In this document: in pieces, positions 9,779 through 19,324 of the stretch
Layout: every line of letters begins with the position of its first letter
Position numbering within the stretch: position 1 is the first letter of the stretch
Origin: an uncultured Phycisphaeraceae bacterium
Lineage (GTDB): Bacteria > Planctomycetota > Phycisphaerae > UBA1845
NCBI GenBank assembly: GCA_964574815.1
Contig: CAZNPL010000025.1
Coordinates: 12,054-76,053, forward strand
Reading direction: 5' to 3'
Length of the DNA stretch: 64,000 bases
Notes under the pieces: generated by a model
What the model was told of the DNA's origin: nothing
The model's database searches: none
What the model saw: the letters and a program-made list of their open reading frames with translations, nothing else
Position numbers and translations under genes: made by a program

Positions 9779-10774
9779 ATGGCCGCAAATCTGACACCGC
9801 AATACCTCGAGGCCGAGGCCAAATACCGGGCGGCCACCGACCCGGAAGAGAAGCTGGCTGCTTTGGAGGAGATGTGGCGGGAGCTACCCAAGCACAAGTC
9901 CTCCGAGAAGCTCCAGGCCGATCTCAAAAAGAAGCTCTCCGCCGCCCGCAAGGCTCTGAAACAAGCCGGAAAGAAGACCTCGGTCAAGACCGATCCGTTC
10001 GCCATCCCGAGAACCGGCGCCGGCCAGGTCGCCCTCATCGGCACGCCCAACGTCGGCAAGTCGTCGATCGTGGGCGGGCTCACCAACGCCCGCGTCAAAA
10101 TCGCCGACTATCCGTTTTCGACTCCGCTGCCGACTCCCGGCATGGTCCCCTACGAAGATATCAAGATTCAGTTGATCGACACCCCGCCGGTGACGGCCGA
10201 CCACGTGTCGCCCGGCTTTCCGGGCCTGTGGCGATCGGCCGATGCACTGGTCGTCGTCGCCGACTTGGCCAGCGACGCCGTCCTCGACGATCTCGACACG
10301 TGCCTGGGCCATCTTTCGGACCGGCAGGTTGTGCTGACGGACGGCCCGCGCGAGCTGCCGCCCGAGCTGAGCCCGCTGCTGCGCGTGCCGGGGATCGTGT
10401 TGGCCAACAAGAGCGACGCGCCCGCCGCGTCGGACAACCTGGAGATGCTCCGCGAACTGTTCGGCACGCGCGTGCGGATCAAGCCGTTGTCAACGCGCGA
10501 TCAAAATCAGATGGATCAACTGGCCGAACTGTTCTTCAAACTGATCCGCGTCATCCGCGTCTACGCCAAGCCGCCCGGCAAGAAGGCCGACCTCGAGGAA
10601 CCGTTCGTCCTCCCCGCCGGCGGCGACGTGCTCGCCCTGGCCCGCAAGGTCTACCACGGGGACGAAGATAAAGTAAAGTCGGCCCGCATTTGGGGCCACG
10701 GCGTTGTCGACGGCCAGAACGTCCACCTCGACCACGTCCTGCACGACAAGGACATCGTGGAGCTGCATGCGTAG
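9779..10774 (+). CDS. Obg/DRG-family GTPase with C-terminal TGS-like domain.
   Basis: G1 motif ALIGTPNVGKSS and G3 DTPP; C-terminal TGS-like segment. Confidence 0.65.
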   Translation: MAANLTPQYLEAEAKYRAATDPEEKLAALEEMWRELPKHKSSEKLQADLKKKLSAARKALKQAGKKTSVKTDPFAIPRTGAGQVALIGTPNVGKSSIVGGLTNARVKIADYPFSTPLPTPGMVPYEDIKIQLIDTPPVTADHVSPGFPGLWRSADALVVVADLASDAVLDDLDTCLGHLSDRQVVLTDGPRELPPELSPLLRVPGIVLANKSDAPAASDNLEMLRELFGTRVRIKPLSTRDQNQMDQLAELFFKLIRVIRVYAKPPGKKADLEEPFVLPAGGDVLALARKVYHGDEDKVKSARIWGHGVVDGQNVHLDHVLHDKDIVELHA

Positions 10775-11106
10775 GAAAGCCGTCAGCCATCAGCCGTCGG
10801 CATTCGACATCAGCGTCGGTCGATAAACTGGAGCGATGTCCGCGATCGGAGGTTGATCTGTCGAGACAACGTGGCCCCCACCTCTTGCTCCGCAAGTGAT
10901 GGACACGACAGCCGTAGGGTACAGCTTGATGCACCCGGCACAGTTAAACGCACCTTGAGACTCGTAAAGCCACGTGGACGCGACGGGTGCCATGTGCACA
11001 CTCGCGTGGGCATGTTGAACAAGTTTGAACGTCGCTCGATGACTGAACGCACGCGCTCAAGGGCCCATCCGTCGCTACGCAATCAACAATTACCCTGCTG
11101 CAACGG

Positions 11107-11916
11107 CTACTGAGTATCCAGCACACGGTTGAGCAACACGGCCAGGCGTACCCCGGCGGACTGCAAGCGGCGCTCGACGATTGGAATGCTGCAATCGAAG
11201 TACTTCTGCCCCAGTTCGCCGTCGCCCGGAATGACATAAGCGTGATCGACGGCCAGTGTGTACGACTCGTTGGCCCACATGGTCGGGTCGGTCACCTTGC
11301 CCCAGCGCGATCGCATCTCCGGCGTGATCCGCCGCCGCAGCTCGGTCGCATATTTGCTCCACGGCTTGTTGGTCCGCAGGATCAGCAGCGAATCCCAGAC
11401 AACGTGCAGGTTCGTCCGGTTATGGAAAAACTCGACCTTGATGTCGTTGCCGCCCCGGTCGCGGGCGTGCGACACGTGCAGCGGCTGATGGATGTCGCCG
11501 ACGAAGTGCACGAGAAACTTCAGCGCCGTCACCCGTTCCTCCGCGGGGCGCTCGGTATCGGCCAGCACCTCGGAATAATCCTCGATCGCCTTGACCACGC
11601 AGCCGGCCTCCGGACAGTCGCGCTCCATATCGAACGTCGGCTCGCCCGGCTGCACATTAGCATAGTGAAGCGGCTTGGCCCAGTCCCACGACGAATCCGA
11701 CTTGATCTCGTCGGCCCAGTTCGAGACATCCGCCAGCGTCTTGTCGCCAAGCAAACCCGCGACGGCCGCCGTGGCCTCCGGCGTAAGATGATGAGCGGCG
11801 ATCTCGCCGACGATACGGTGTCCATCCTCTCCCCAGGCGTGGCATGCGGCGGATACCGCCACTGCAAGAACGAATGATCGTAAGAGCAGGCGCAGGTCGA
11901 ATTCCTTAATCGTCAT
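11107..11916 (-). CDS. S1/P1 nuclease family protein, secreted.
   Basis: Signal peptide, then the WGEDGHRIVGEIA motif matching the S1/P1 nuclease N-terminal WGxxGH zinc ligands. Conserved His/Asp positions downstream. Confidence 0.7.
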   Translation of the reverse strand: MTIKEFDLRLLLRSFVLAVAVSAACHAWGEDGHRIVGEIAAHHLTPEATAAVAGLLGDKTLADVSNWADEIKSDSSWDWAKPLHYANVQPGEPTFDMERDCPEAGCVVKAIEDYSEVLADTERPAEERVTALKFLVHFVGDIHQPLHVSHARDRGGNDIKVEFFHNRTNLHVVWDSLLILRTNKPWSKYATELRRRITPEMRSRWGKVTDPTMWANESYTLAVDHAYVIPGDGELGQKYFDCSIPIVERRLQSAGVRLAVLLNRVLDTQ

Positions 11917-11948
11917 ATTCGTTGTTCCTCAGCGGCGTATCAGGAGTA

Positions 11949-11994
11949 CCGGGAGAATGAGGGCGGAAGGACTCGAACCTTCGACCAACCGCCC
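11949..11994 (-). repeat. Partial copy (3' roughly 45 nt) of tRNA-Lys: a putative attR-like direct repeat.
   Basis: A 32-nt exact match (tgagggcggaaggactcgaaccttcgaccaac) to the 3' end of the tRNA-Lys at 13424..13496, followed by a degenerate anticodon-arm-like stretch. It cannot be folded into a complete tRNA: the 5' acceptor does not pair. Confidence 0.6.
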
Positions 11995-12203
11995 AAAAGG
12001 CCACCGCCCGGCTTCCGCCAGCCCTTGTAACACAACGACTTACGACAGTCCACCGGCCGACTTGTCGTCCTGCTTGGCGTTTTTGGCCGGAATCAACGCC
12101 GACCTGGCGGGCGTCGTCGAGAAGTGGCCGACGCTCCCCGCGGCCGTGAAGGCGGGCGTCGTGGCGCTCGTGAAGGCGTCGGCGGATGAAAGAACCCGCC
12201 CCG

Positions 12204-12425
12204 TCATCCAAGTAGCTGCTCGAATCGAGGCACGGTCAAGCCTGCTTGACGAATGATCGCGCGCAGCGTTCCGGCCTTGATGGTTGTATGGTCCGGCACC
12301 GTGACGGGCCGGTGGCCTGGCTTGGCGAGGATGATGTGACTGCCGGTCTGGCGGGCGACGGTCCAGCCGTCGCGTTCCAACGCCTTCACCAATTGTCGCG
12401 GACGCAGGCTCTTAGGCAGAGGCAC
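12204..12425 (-). CDS. hicA: HicA toxin (mRNA interferase). The track ORF 12204..12548 has a spurious N-terminal extension.
   Basis: LRPRQLVKALERDGWTVARQTGSHIILAKPGHRPVTVPDHTTIKAGTLRAIIRQAGL matches the HicA/YcfA fold consensus. Probable GTG/TTG start overlapping the stop of the upstream gene. Confidence 0.7.
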   Translation of the reverse strand: MPLPKSLRPRQLVKALERDGWTVARQTGSHIILAKPGHRPVTVPDHTTIKAGTLRAIIRQAGLTVPRFEQLLG

Positions 12426-13101
12426 GCCGGGTCTTTCGCTTGCGGTACTTGCGCGTCGGCAGCTTGCGGACTTCGCCCTTGCGCTCCAACTCGGCGTTGA
12501 CTTCCAGCCAGCCTTGCGCCGCGTCCTGGATGTTCGCGAGCGCTTCACTCACGGTCTCACCCTGCGACACGCAACCGGGGAGCGCGGGGCATTCGGCCAC
12601 GAATCCGCCGTCTTCATGGTCCGGCGTCACGGTCACGGGGAATTCAAACTCGCCGACCGTCAGGCTTCGAGTCTGAGGACACGGCGTCGTGTCCAGCCGT
12701 TCGCGCAGACGCTCGACCAGTTCCGCAAAGGGCACCGCGAAAACAAGTTGCCCGCCGTGACGCACGGTGTCCACGATGACTTTGGGGTCGTCGGTCAGGT
12801 GAAAGATCGTGTCCCCGTCCGTCAGCAACGTCAATTCGGCCAGCGGATGCGACAAGTCGGGGAAGTGCTTCCGAAGATAGCCGACAGCCCTACGCACTCT
12901 CTGCAAGCTGATACCCGCTCTGAGCAGGTTTGCGACAACCTGAAGCTGCACCAAGTCGCGAAACGAATACAGCCGGGACGTTCCGCGCCCACGTCCGGGC
13001 GCGACGGACGGCGTTACAAGCCCGGTCTTCGCCCAGTAGGAGAGTTGCGTCGGCGACACGCCGGTCACGTCACGGACGACCTTGCTGGAGAACCCATCCA
13101 T
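12412..13101 (-). CDS. hicB: MerR-family HTH fused to a HicB antitoxin domain. The track ORF reaches 13284; the likely start is MDGFSSKVV near 13101.
   Basis: N-terminal MerR HTH (VVRDVTGVSPTQLSYWAKTGLV...LYSFRDLVQLQVVANLLRAGISL). C-terminal HicB/UPF0150 core (FEFPVTVTPDHEDGGFVAECPALPGCVSQGETVSEALANIQDAAQGWLE). Confidence 0.65.
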   Translation of the reverse strand: MDGFSSKVVRDVTGVSPTQLSYWAKTGLVTPSVAPGRGRGTSRLYSFRDLVQLQVVANLLRAGISLQRVRRAVGYLRKHFPDLSHPLAELTLLTDGDTIFHLTDDPKVIVDTVRHGGQLVFAVPFAELVERLRERLDTTPCPQTRSLTVGEFEFPVTVTPDHEDGGFVAECPALPGCVSQGETVSEALANIQDAAQGWLEVNAELERKGEVRKLPTRKYRKRKTRRASA

Positions 13102-13180
13102 GGTCCATACCTCGATAAAAGTATTGACACTCTCATTACAGTATAAGCGGTTCCCGGGTGCCTGTCCAGCAAAATCACCC

Positions 13181-13228
13181 ATCAAATCACCCCCCTGGTC
13201 ACCCCCGTAGTCACCCTGCCCAGCGTCT
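13181..13228. promoter_or_regulatory. Four tandem 12-nt iterons (TCACCC-N6) upstream of the MerR-HicB gene.
   Basis: tcacccatcaaa / tcacccccctgg / tcacccccgtag / tcaccctgccca read directly in the sequence, about 80-130 nt upstream of the predicted hicB start. Confidence 0.35.
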
Positions 13229-13423
13229 AGAATCGGGCCGATGGATGACACGCTCGTAAACATCCGTGGGCTGGGTCGAATCACCGGGTTACCGGTATTC
13301 TGGTTGCCTCATTAGGCCGCCGAGGCTGGAGGACGAGAGGGCGCGAATCGTCGAAGTGCGCAAACCGAGACGGGATGGATACTTGTGACACCGCACGGCA
13401 TCAAATGACACCGCCGCGAGGAC

Positions 13424-13496
13424 TGAGGGCGGAAGGACTCGAACCTTCGACCAACGGCTTAAAAGGCCGCTGCTCTACCGACTGAGCTACGCCCCC
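13424..13496 (-). tRNA. tRNA-Lys (anticodon TTT).
   Basis: Manual cloverleaf: acceptor GGGGGCG/CGCCCTC (one G-U), D-arm GCTC-AGTCGGTA-GAGC, anticodon stem-loop GCGGC-CTTTTAA-GCCGT, T-arm GAAGG-TTCGAGT-CCTTC, discriminator A. 73 nt. Confidence 0.85.
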
Positions 13497-13650
13497 GAAT
13501 CAACTCATCATCCGGCCTGCATACCCTTCGGTCAAGCTGACCAGCACTCTGTGGTGCGGCGCTGCGGATCAAAGCCGCTCTGGAACGGGCGTACATCGCC
13601 GTTTAGGATCATGGTGATGCGCCGGCAACATCCGGCACGAAGGACTACCC

Positions 13651-14577
13651 ATGGCCAGTGGCGAACAAATCCTGATCGATTGGCTGTCCGGCGAGGCCCG
13701 GTCGCAACACCGCCCCGACGTGCTCCTGGGCATCGGCGACGATATGGCCATCATCAAAGCCCCCGGCGGCGAGGTGCTCCTTACGACCGATATGCTCCTC
13801 GACGGCGTCCACTTCCGCGCCGATTCGGACGACCTCGCCGACATCGGCCGCAAGGCCATCGCGTGTGGGCTGAGCGATTGTGCGGCCATGGCCGTCCGAC
13901 CCGTGGCCGCCGCCGTCTCCGTCGCACTGCCGCCCGGCTGGCAATTGGCGGATTCCCAACGGCTGTACGGCGGCATGCGCGAGATCGCCGACGCCTTCGA
14001 CTGCTCCATCGTCGGCGGCGACACGACGGGATGGGCCCAGCGGCTCGCCATCGACGCGGCGCTCATCGGCGAGCCCTTCCCGGATGTAACGCCGGTCCGT
14101 CGCGACGGCGCCAAGATCGGCGACGCGCTGCTGGTCACGGGAAAGCTCGGCGGCAGTCTGCTAGGCCGCCACCTGACGTTCACGCCTCGCGTGCGCGAAG
14201 CCCGCATGCTCGCCGACGCCTGGGGCGGCGCGCTTCACGCCATGATGGACATCAGCGACGGACTCTCGCTGGACCTGCACCGCATGTGTCGAGCCTCCAA
14301 CGTCGGAGCGGTCCTGGAAAAGAACCTGCTGTCAAAGATCGTCCACCCCGACGCGGTCGCCGCAAGCGAGCACGATGAGCGATCGCCGCTCGAGCACGCC
14401 CTATCCGACGGCGAGGACTTCGAGCTGCTGATGGCCGTTGAGCCGAATATCGCCGCGTCCAGTCCGCCGACGACCGTGCACCGCGTCGGCGTTGTGACCG
14501 GCGCCGGCCTCAAGCTGCGACAGAGCGACGGAACCGAGCGCACCCTGACGCCCGAGGGGTACGAGCACCTGCGATGA
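13651..14577 (+). CDS. thiL: Thiamine-monophosphate kinase ThiL.
   Basis: AIR-synthase-related fold motifs (GDDMAII..., DMLLDGVHF, GGDTT). 308 aa. Confidence 0.85.
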   Translation: MASGEQILIDWLSGEARSQHRPDVLLGIGDDMAIIKAPGGEVLLTTDMLLDGVHFRADSDDLADIGRKAIACGLSDCAAMAVRPVAAAVSVALPPGWQLADSQRLYGGMREIADAFDCSIVGGDTTGWAQRLAIDAALIGEPFPDVTPVRRDGAKIGDALLVTGKLGGSLLGRHLTFTPRVREARMLADAWGGALHAMMDISDGLSLDLHRMCRASNVGAVLEKNLLSKIVHPDAVAASEHDERSPLEHALSDGEDFELLMAVEPNIAASSPPTTVHRVGVVTGAGLKLRQSDGTERTLTPEGYEHLR

Positions 14578-15053
14578 GCGCCCCGGATCGCACCATGCTC
14601 AGCGATTCGCCGGAAACGACGCGTGCGGTGGGCCGCCGCATCGGCGCCGCCCTGCGCCCCGGCGACTGCATCGCTCTGATCGGCTCGCTGGGGGCGGGCA
14701 AGACCGAGCTCGTCAAAGGCATCGCCGCCGGCGCCGAGGTGCCGCCCGGCGTCACCGTCAGCAGCCCGACGTTCGTGATCGTGAATGAATACCCCGGGCG
14801 GGTCTATCTTTACCATGTCGATGCCTACCGGCTCGGCGGCGCGGAGGAACTCGCGGCCATCGGCTTTACCGAAATGCTCGACAGCGACGGCGTCGTCATT
14901 GTGGAATGGGCGGATCGGGTGAACACGATCATGCCGTCCGACTGCGTCACGATCCGAATGGACCACGCCGGCGAGAACGCCCGCCGACTCACCGTTGCAC
15001 TGCCCGCATCCGCGCCGGTGCACATCGCCGACGCCGCGATCCCGCCAGCTTGA
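14574..15053 (+). CDS. tsaE: tRNA t6A biosynthesis protein TsaE (YjeE).
   Basis: Walker [11 protein letters not shown]; TsaE-like length (159 aa); ATGA overlap with thiL. Confidence 0.8.
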   Translation: MSAPDRTMLSDSPETTRAVGRRIGAALRPGDCIALIGSLGAGKTELVKGIAAGAEVPPGVTVSSPTFVIVNEYPGRVYLYHVDAYRLGGAEELAAIGFTEMLDSDGVVIVEWADRVNTIMPSDCVTIRMDHAGENARRLTVALPASAPVHIADAAIPPA

Positions 15054-15133
15054 CACCCCCTCGCACCGAACCTAATGTCGCCGCGCGAGGCGCGCGGGCG
15101 CCTGACCGGGGCCGACAACTGGAGATCACCGCT

Positions 15134-15868
15134 GTGGCACGACGTGACGGACGACGGGCTCGCGATTTACGCCCCGTCGAGATTATCCGCGGATACACCA
15201 AGTTCGCGCCGGGCTCCGTCCTCATCAAGTGCGGCGACACGCACGTTCTGTGCACCGCGTCGTTTGAGCAATCCGTCCCTGATTGGAAGAAAGGCCACGG
15301 CACCGGCTGGGTCACCGCCGAGTACGACATGCTCCCCGCCTCCACTTCGACGCGGCGCCGCCGGAACAGGTACCGCATCGACGGTCGATCCCAGGAAATC
15401 CAGCGCCTCATCGGTCGGGCGCTCCGGTCGATCGTCGACATGGAAGCGCTCGGCGAGAACACGATCATCGCTGACTGCGACGTCGTGCAGGCCGACGGCG
15501 GCACGCGGACCGCGGCCATCACCGGCGCCTACGTCGCCCTCTGCGACGCTGTGGAGTTCGCACAGGCGCAGGGCTGGATCGAGACGTCGCCGATCAGGGA
15601 CCTCGTTGCGGCGATCAGTGTCGGGATCGTCGACGGCCGCATCCTCGTGGATCTGGATTATTCCGAGGACGTCGCCGCAGAGGTCGATATGAACGTCGCC
15701 ATGACCGGGTTGGGGCGTTTCGTCGAAATCCAGGGAACCGCCGAGTCGGGTGCCTATACTCGAGAGGAGGCGGACAAGATGCTCACGGCCGCCGCCGCCG
15801 GCATCAAGAAGCTGAATGAACTCCAGAGGCGGGCGCTGCGGCAGCGCCTCACTGCGGCGACCGGGTAA
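15134..15868 (+). CDS. rph: Ribonuclease PH.
   Basis: [19 protein letters not shown]...[17 protein letters not shown] is a classic RNase PH N-terminus. GTG start with GGAG RBS inside track ORF 14906..15868. Confidence 0.85.
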   Translation: MARRDGRRARDLRPVEIIRGYTKFAPGSVLIKCGDTHVLCTASFEQSVPDWKKGHGTGWVTAEYDMLPASTSTRRRRNRYRIDGRSQEIQRLIGRALRSIVDMEALGENTIIADCDVVQADGGTRTAAITGAYVALCDAVEFAQAQGWIETSPIRDLVAAISVGIVDGRILVDLDYSEDVAAEVDMNVAMTGLGRFVEIQGTAESGAYTREEADKMLTAAAAGIKKLNELQRRALRQRLTAATG

Positions 15869-15895
15869 CAATGCGACGACCTCGATGCATTCAGC

Positions 15896-16681
15896 TTGCA
15901 CATACTCATGAAACGAACAAACGCCAAAACGTGGCCACTCTGGCTCGCTCCGGCGATTCTCGCCTGCGCAGGCTGCCAGACGATGCGCGGCGAGCCGTGG
16001 ACGATCGAGTGCCTCGAGCTGGCAGGACCAAACCACCGCGCGAACGCTGCGGCCATCGCCGACGTGCTGAGAACCACCAAAGGTGTCGACGCCGACAAGG
16101 TCAAGGTCCGCCACACCGAGCACGACAGCAAGATTTACTATGGCCGCTATCTCCGGGAGATCGACCGCCTGGAGGGCGTACGCGAGATTCCCGAGGAGCT
16201 GATACGCGATCTCGAGATGATCAAGGAGCTGTACGACGACCGAGGCCGGCGCATTTTCCTGGCGGCCCGCATGGTGCCCGTCCCGATCGAAGACAAGGGC
16301 CCGCCCGAGTGGAACCTCGAGAATGTCGACGGCGAATACAGCCTGCAGGTGGCCGTCTTCTTCCCCACCCCGGAGGTGCGAGATTTCAAGCAGGCGGCGG
16401 TCGCCTACACCCGTCATCTTCGCGGTGAGGGTTATGAGGCCTACTACCACCACGGTCGATCAAAAAGCATCGTCACCGTAGGCGTGTTTGGACCCGATGC
16501 AGTCACTCGAGAGGCCAGCGCGGTCGGGTACAGTGACGAGGTGCGCGAGCTGCAGCGACAGGAGAACTTCAAGTACAACCTCACCAACGGCGCCATCTGG
16601 ACGGCCAGCGTCGATGGCGAGAAGGCCCCGGTTCGCTCACTCCTGGTCCGAATCCCCAAGGGACAGGACGAAGCGTTTTGA
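15896..16681 (+). CDS. Hypothetical lipoprotein.
   Basis: Signal peptide with lipobox LACAGC. No recognisable domain. Sits between rph and rdgB. Confidence 0.5.
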   Translation: MHILMKRTNAKTWPLWLAPAILACAGCQTMRGEPWTIECLELAGPNHRANAAAIADVLRTTKGVDADKVKVRHTEHDSKIYYGRYLREIDRLEGVREIPEELIRDLEMIKELYDDRGRRIFLAARMVPVPIEDKGPPEWNLENVDGEYSLQVAVFFPTPEVRDFKQAAVAYTRHLRGEGYEAYYHHGRSKSIVTVGVFGPDAVTREASAVGYSDEVRELQRQENFKYNLTNGAIWTASVDGEKAPVRSLLVRIPKGQDEAF

Positions 16682-17286
16682 ACGCCGCACGAACTATCCT
16701 GATCGCAACCGGAAACCGCGGAAAGCTGCGAGAGATCAGCGAGATCATGGCCGACGTGCCCGTCCGGTGGCTCACCCTGAGTGACTTCCCCGACATTCCC
16801 GAAGCCGTCGAGGATGCCGATTCGTTCGCCGGCAACGCCGCGTTGAAGGCGCGCCATTACAGCAACGCCGCCGGCATCTGGACACTGGCCGATGACAGCG
16901 GACTGGAAGTGGATGCCCTTGAGGGCGCGCCGGGCGTTCATTCCGCCCGCTACGCCGGATTGCCGCGTGACGACGCCGCCAACAATCGAAAGCTGATTCA
17001 AAAGCTGAGCGGTGTGGACCTGTCGGATCGAACCGCGCGCTTCCGCTGTGCCGTCGCGCTCGCCGATCGGGACCGCATACTCGCCACCGCCGAGGGGACC
17101 GTGGAAGGCCGCGTAGTTGACGAACCCCGGGGGCACAACGGTTTCGGCTACGATCCGCACTTCTGGGTGCCGGAACACGGCATGACCGCCGCCGAAATGC
17201 CCGCAGCCCTCAAAAACAGCATCAGCCATCGCGGAAGGGCCCTCGCCGCCATCAAACCGCGTCTGGTTGAATTGCTCGACGCATAA
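16678..17286 (+). CDS. rdgB: dITP/XTP pyrophosphatase RdgB (Ham1 family).
   Basis: ILIATGNRGKLRE start motif; FGYDP...F and SHRG motifs. TTG start overlapping the upstream stop. Confidence 0.85.
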   Translation: MNAARTILIATGNRGKLREISEIMADVPVRWLTLSDFPDIPEAVEDADSFAGNAALKARHYSNAAGIWTLADDSGLEVDALEGAPGVHSARYAGLPRDDAANNRKLIQKLSGVDLSDRTARFRCAVALADRDRILATAEGTVEGRVVDEPRGHNGFGYDPHFWVPEHGMTAAEMPAALKNSISHRGRALAAIKPRLVELLDA

Positions 17287-17574
17287 ACCATTCGCGCCGG
17301 ATCCACGGCGAAATGGGACCAACACGGCTCGCCGCACGACGGCCAATCGACGGGCATGAAGGCGTGACAGAACCGGCGGCCGTTGGTCAACTTACGGTTT
17401 AAGGGAGGGCGCGGTTCCTGCCGACCGGCGCGGGGGCAGCGGTTCCGGCGCATGCCCACCGGCGCATCCAAAATCGAGTGCCGCCGCAAGTGCCGCGGAC
17501 CCAAGAACCAAGGCAGCGGCGGTCCCGTGTTGTCGAAACGCCTGTTCTGACTACAATGCCCGGTTTGATCACGT

Positions 17575-18156
17575 TTGCGTCGAGAGTGGGAGAACCCATC
17601 ATTGGAAACACAGTCCGTCCCGAAAGAGATGTTTTTCACGAAGGGAGTCGGCAAACACCGCCAGTCCCTCCAATCTTTCGAAGAAGCTTTGCGAAACGCA
17701 GGAATCGCTCGCTATAACCTCGTCCGCGTCAGCAGCATCTTTCCGCCCGACTGCAAAATTGTGTCCAGGCAAGCCGGGCTCCAGAAGCTCATCACCGGCG
17801 CGATTACACACTGCGTCATCGCGGAATGCCGCACCAACGAGCCCAATCGGCTCGCCTGTGCCGGCATCGGCTTGGCCGTTCCGGCGGTCAAAGGTCGATA
17901 CGGGTATATCTCCGAGCACCACGGCTACGGGCTGACGCACCGCCGCTGCAGCGACCTCGTCGAGGACATGGCCGCCGCCATGCTCGGCACGACCTACGGG
18001 ATCGAGCTCGACCCCGACACCGCTTACGATGAGCGCCTCGAAATCTACAAGGCCAAGGGGTTCAGCGTCCGAACCCGCGCCGTCGTTCAGACTGCTGAGG
18101 GCGACAAGAACGGTCTCTGGACCACCGTCGTCGCGGCCGCCGTATTCTGCGGCTAG
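17575..18156 (+). CDS. pdaD: Pyruvoyl-dependent arginine decarboxylase (PdaD family).
   Basis: FFTKGVGKH...NLVRVSSIFPP contains the PdaD self-cleavage Ser-Ser site (VSS|I). Alternative start at MFFTKG (around 17629). Confidence 0.7.
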   Translation: MRREWENPSLETQSVPKEMFFTKGVGKHRQSLQSFEEALRNAGIARYNLVRVSSIFPPDCKIVSRQAGLQKLITGAITHCVIAECRTNEPNRLACAGIGLAVPAVKGRYGYISEHHGYGLTHRRCSDLVEDMAAAMLGTTYGIELDPDTAYDERLEIYKAKGFSVRTRAVVQTAEGDKNGLWTTVVAAAVFCG

Positions 18157-18170
18157 ACAACCCTGCGGAG

Positions 18171-19319
18171 GTGATGATGACCGACGGACACGATCGATCG
18201 CCGGGCTGTCGGGGCAGCAACCCGTGGCTCCAGGGACCGCCCATCGAACCGCTGCAGCTCGAAGGCAACGAACAGGTCGCCGACATGATCGACGACGTCT
18301 TCGCCGCCAGCGGTTTCAACGCCCGCCGACTGGCCGAGGGCGCCCGGCTCTACAGCCGGATGATCGACGCCGATGCCACCATCTGCCTCACCGTCGCCGG
18401 CGCCATGACCCCCATTGGCATGAGCGGCCTGTTCCGAACCCTGATCGAACGCGGCTTCGTCGATTTCATCATCTCCACCGGCGCCAACCTCTATCACGAC
18501 CTGCACCGCACTTTTGACTTGCCTATGGTGCAGGGATCGCCCGACGTCGATGACAACGAACTCGCCGACGAAAGCATCGCACGAATATACGACGTCTTCA
18601 TCCACGACGACGAAACGCTGATGGCCACCGACAAGATCATCCTCGACGCCTTGGCCGAGTTCGACCCGAGCGAGCCGTTCTCAACTGCGACGCTCCACCA
18701 CGCCCTCGGCACGGCCATCCTGCAGAAAGCGCCGCATCCGGAAAAGTCCTTCGTCGCGGCTGCCGCTGACTATGACGTGCCCATCTACACCTCATCCCCG
18801 GGCGACTCCTCGATCGGCATGAACCTCATCGTCCCGCACATGTTCCACAAGCCTTTGCAGCTCAACCCGCTCGTGGACGTGATCGAAACGGCCGCCATCG
18901 TCCGCGCCGCCGACCGCAACGGCGTCGTCGAGATCGGCGGTGGCTCGCCCAAGAACTTCTACCTCCAGACCCAGCCCACTCTTCACCAGATTCTCAATGA
19001 CGACAGCAAGGGCGGACACGATTACTTCCTCCAGCTCACCACCGACTCCCCCCACTGGGGCGGCCTCTCCGGCGCAACGCCCGCCGAGGCCCGAAGCTGG
19101 GGCAAGGTCAAGGACGCCTATCGGAACAACGTTGTGGTCTACTCGTGTGCCTCGCTCACCTTCCCGCTGATTGCCCAGTACGTCCTCCAGCGCAACAAGC
19201 CGCGGACGCCGCGCCGCCTGCTGCCGAGCGTCGGCGATATGGTCGAAACGCTCCGCGAAGTCGCCTGCCACAACCCGGTCTTCAAGAAGTGCTACGAGGG
19301 CGTCTATCAGATCAGGTGA
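18171..19319 (+). CDS. Deoxyhypusine synthase-like protein (possible homospermidine synthase-type).
   Basis: DHS-family blocks (ISTGANLYHDL, EIGGGSPKNF); 382 aa; between pdaD and speB. Confidence 0.65.
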   Translation: MMMTDGHDRSPGCRGSNPWLQGPPIEPLQLEGNEQVADMIDDVFAASGFNARRLAEGARLYSRMIDADATICLTVAGAMTPIGMSGLFRTLIERGFVDFIISTGANLYHDLHRTFDLPMVQGSPDVDDNELADESIARIYDVFIHDDETLMATDKIILDALAEFDPSEPFSTATLHHALGTAILQKAPHPEKSFVAAAADYDVPIYTSSPGDSSIGMNLIVPHMFHKPLQLNPLVDVIETAAIVRAADRNGVVEIGGGSPKNFYLQTQPTLHQILNDDSKGGHDYFLQLTTDSPHWGGLSGATPAEARSWGKVKDAYRNNVVVYSCASLTFPLIAQYVLQRNKPRTPRRLLPSVGDMVETLREVACHNPVFKKCYEGVYQIR

Positions 19320-19324
19320 GCCGG

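Noticed and set aside
11949-12020. A second tRNA-Lys gene.
   Set aside because: Only the T-arm and 3' acceptor strand match. The 5' acceptor strand and D-arm do not pair, so it is a partial copy and not a gene.
11957-12256. 99-aa plus-strand ORF starting inside the tRNA fragment.
   Set aside because: Starts within the att-like repeat and has no RBS or domain. Most likely spurious.
12425-12548. N-terminal 40-aa extension of the track's hicA ORF.
   Set aside because: The extension overlaps the hicB coding region in another frame, and HicA homologues are only about 60-75 aa. The start was moved to the GTG/TTG at the hicB stop.
15167-16453. 428-aa minus-strand ORF spanning rph and the lipoprotein gene.
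   Set aside because: Antisense to two well-supported plus-strand genes; low-complexity composition.
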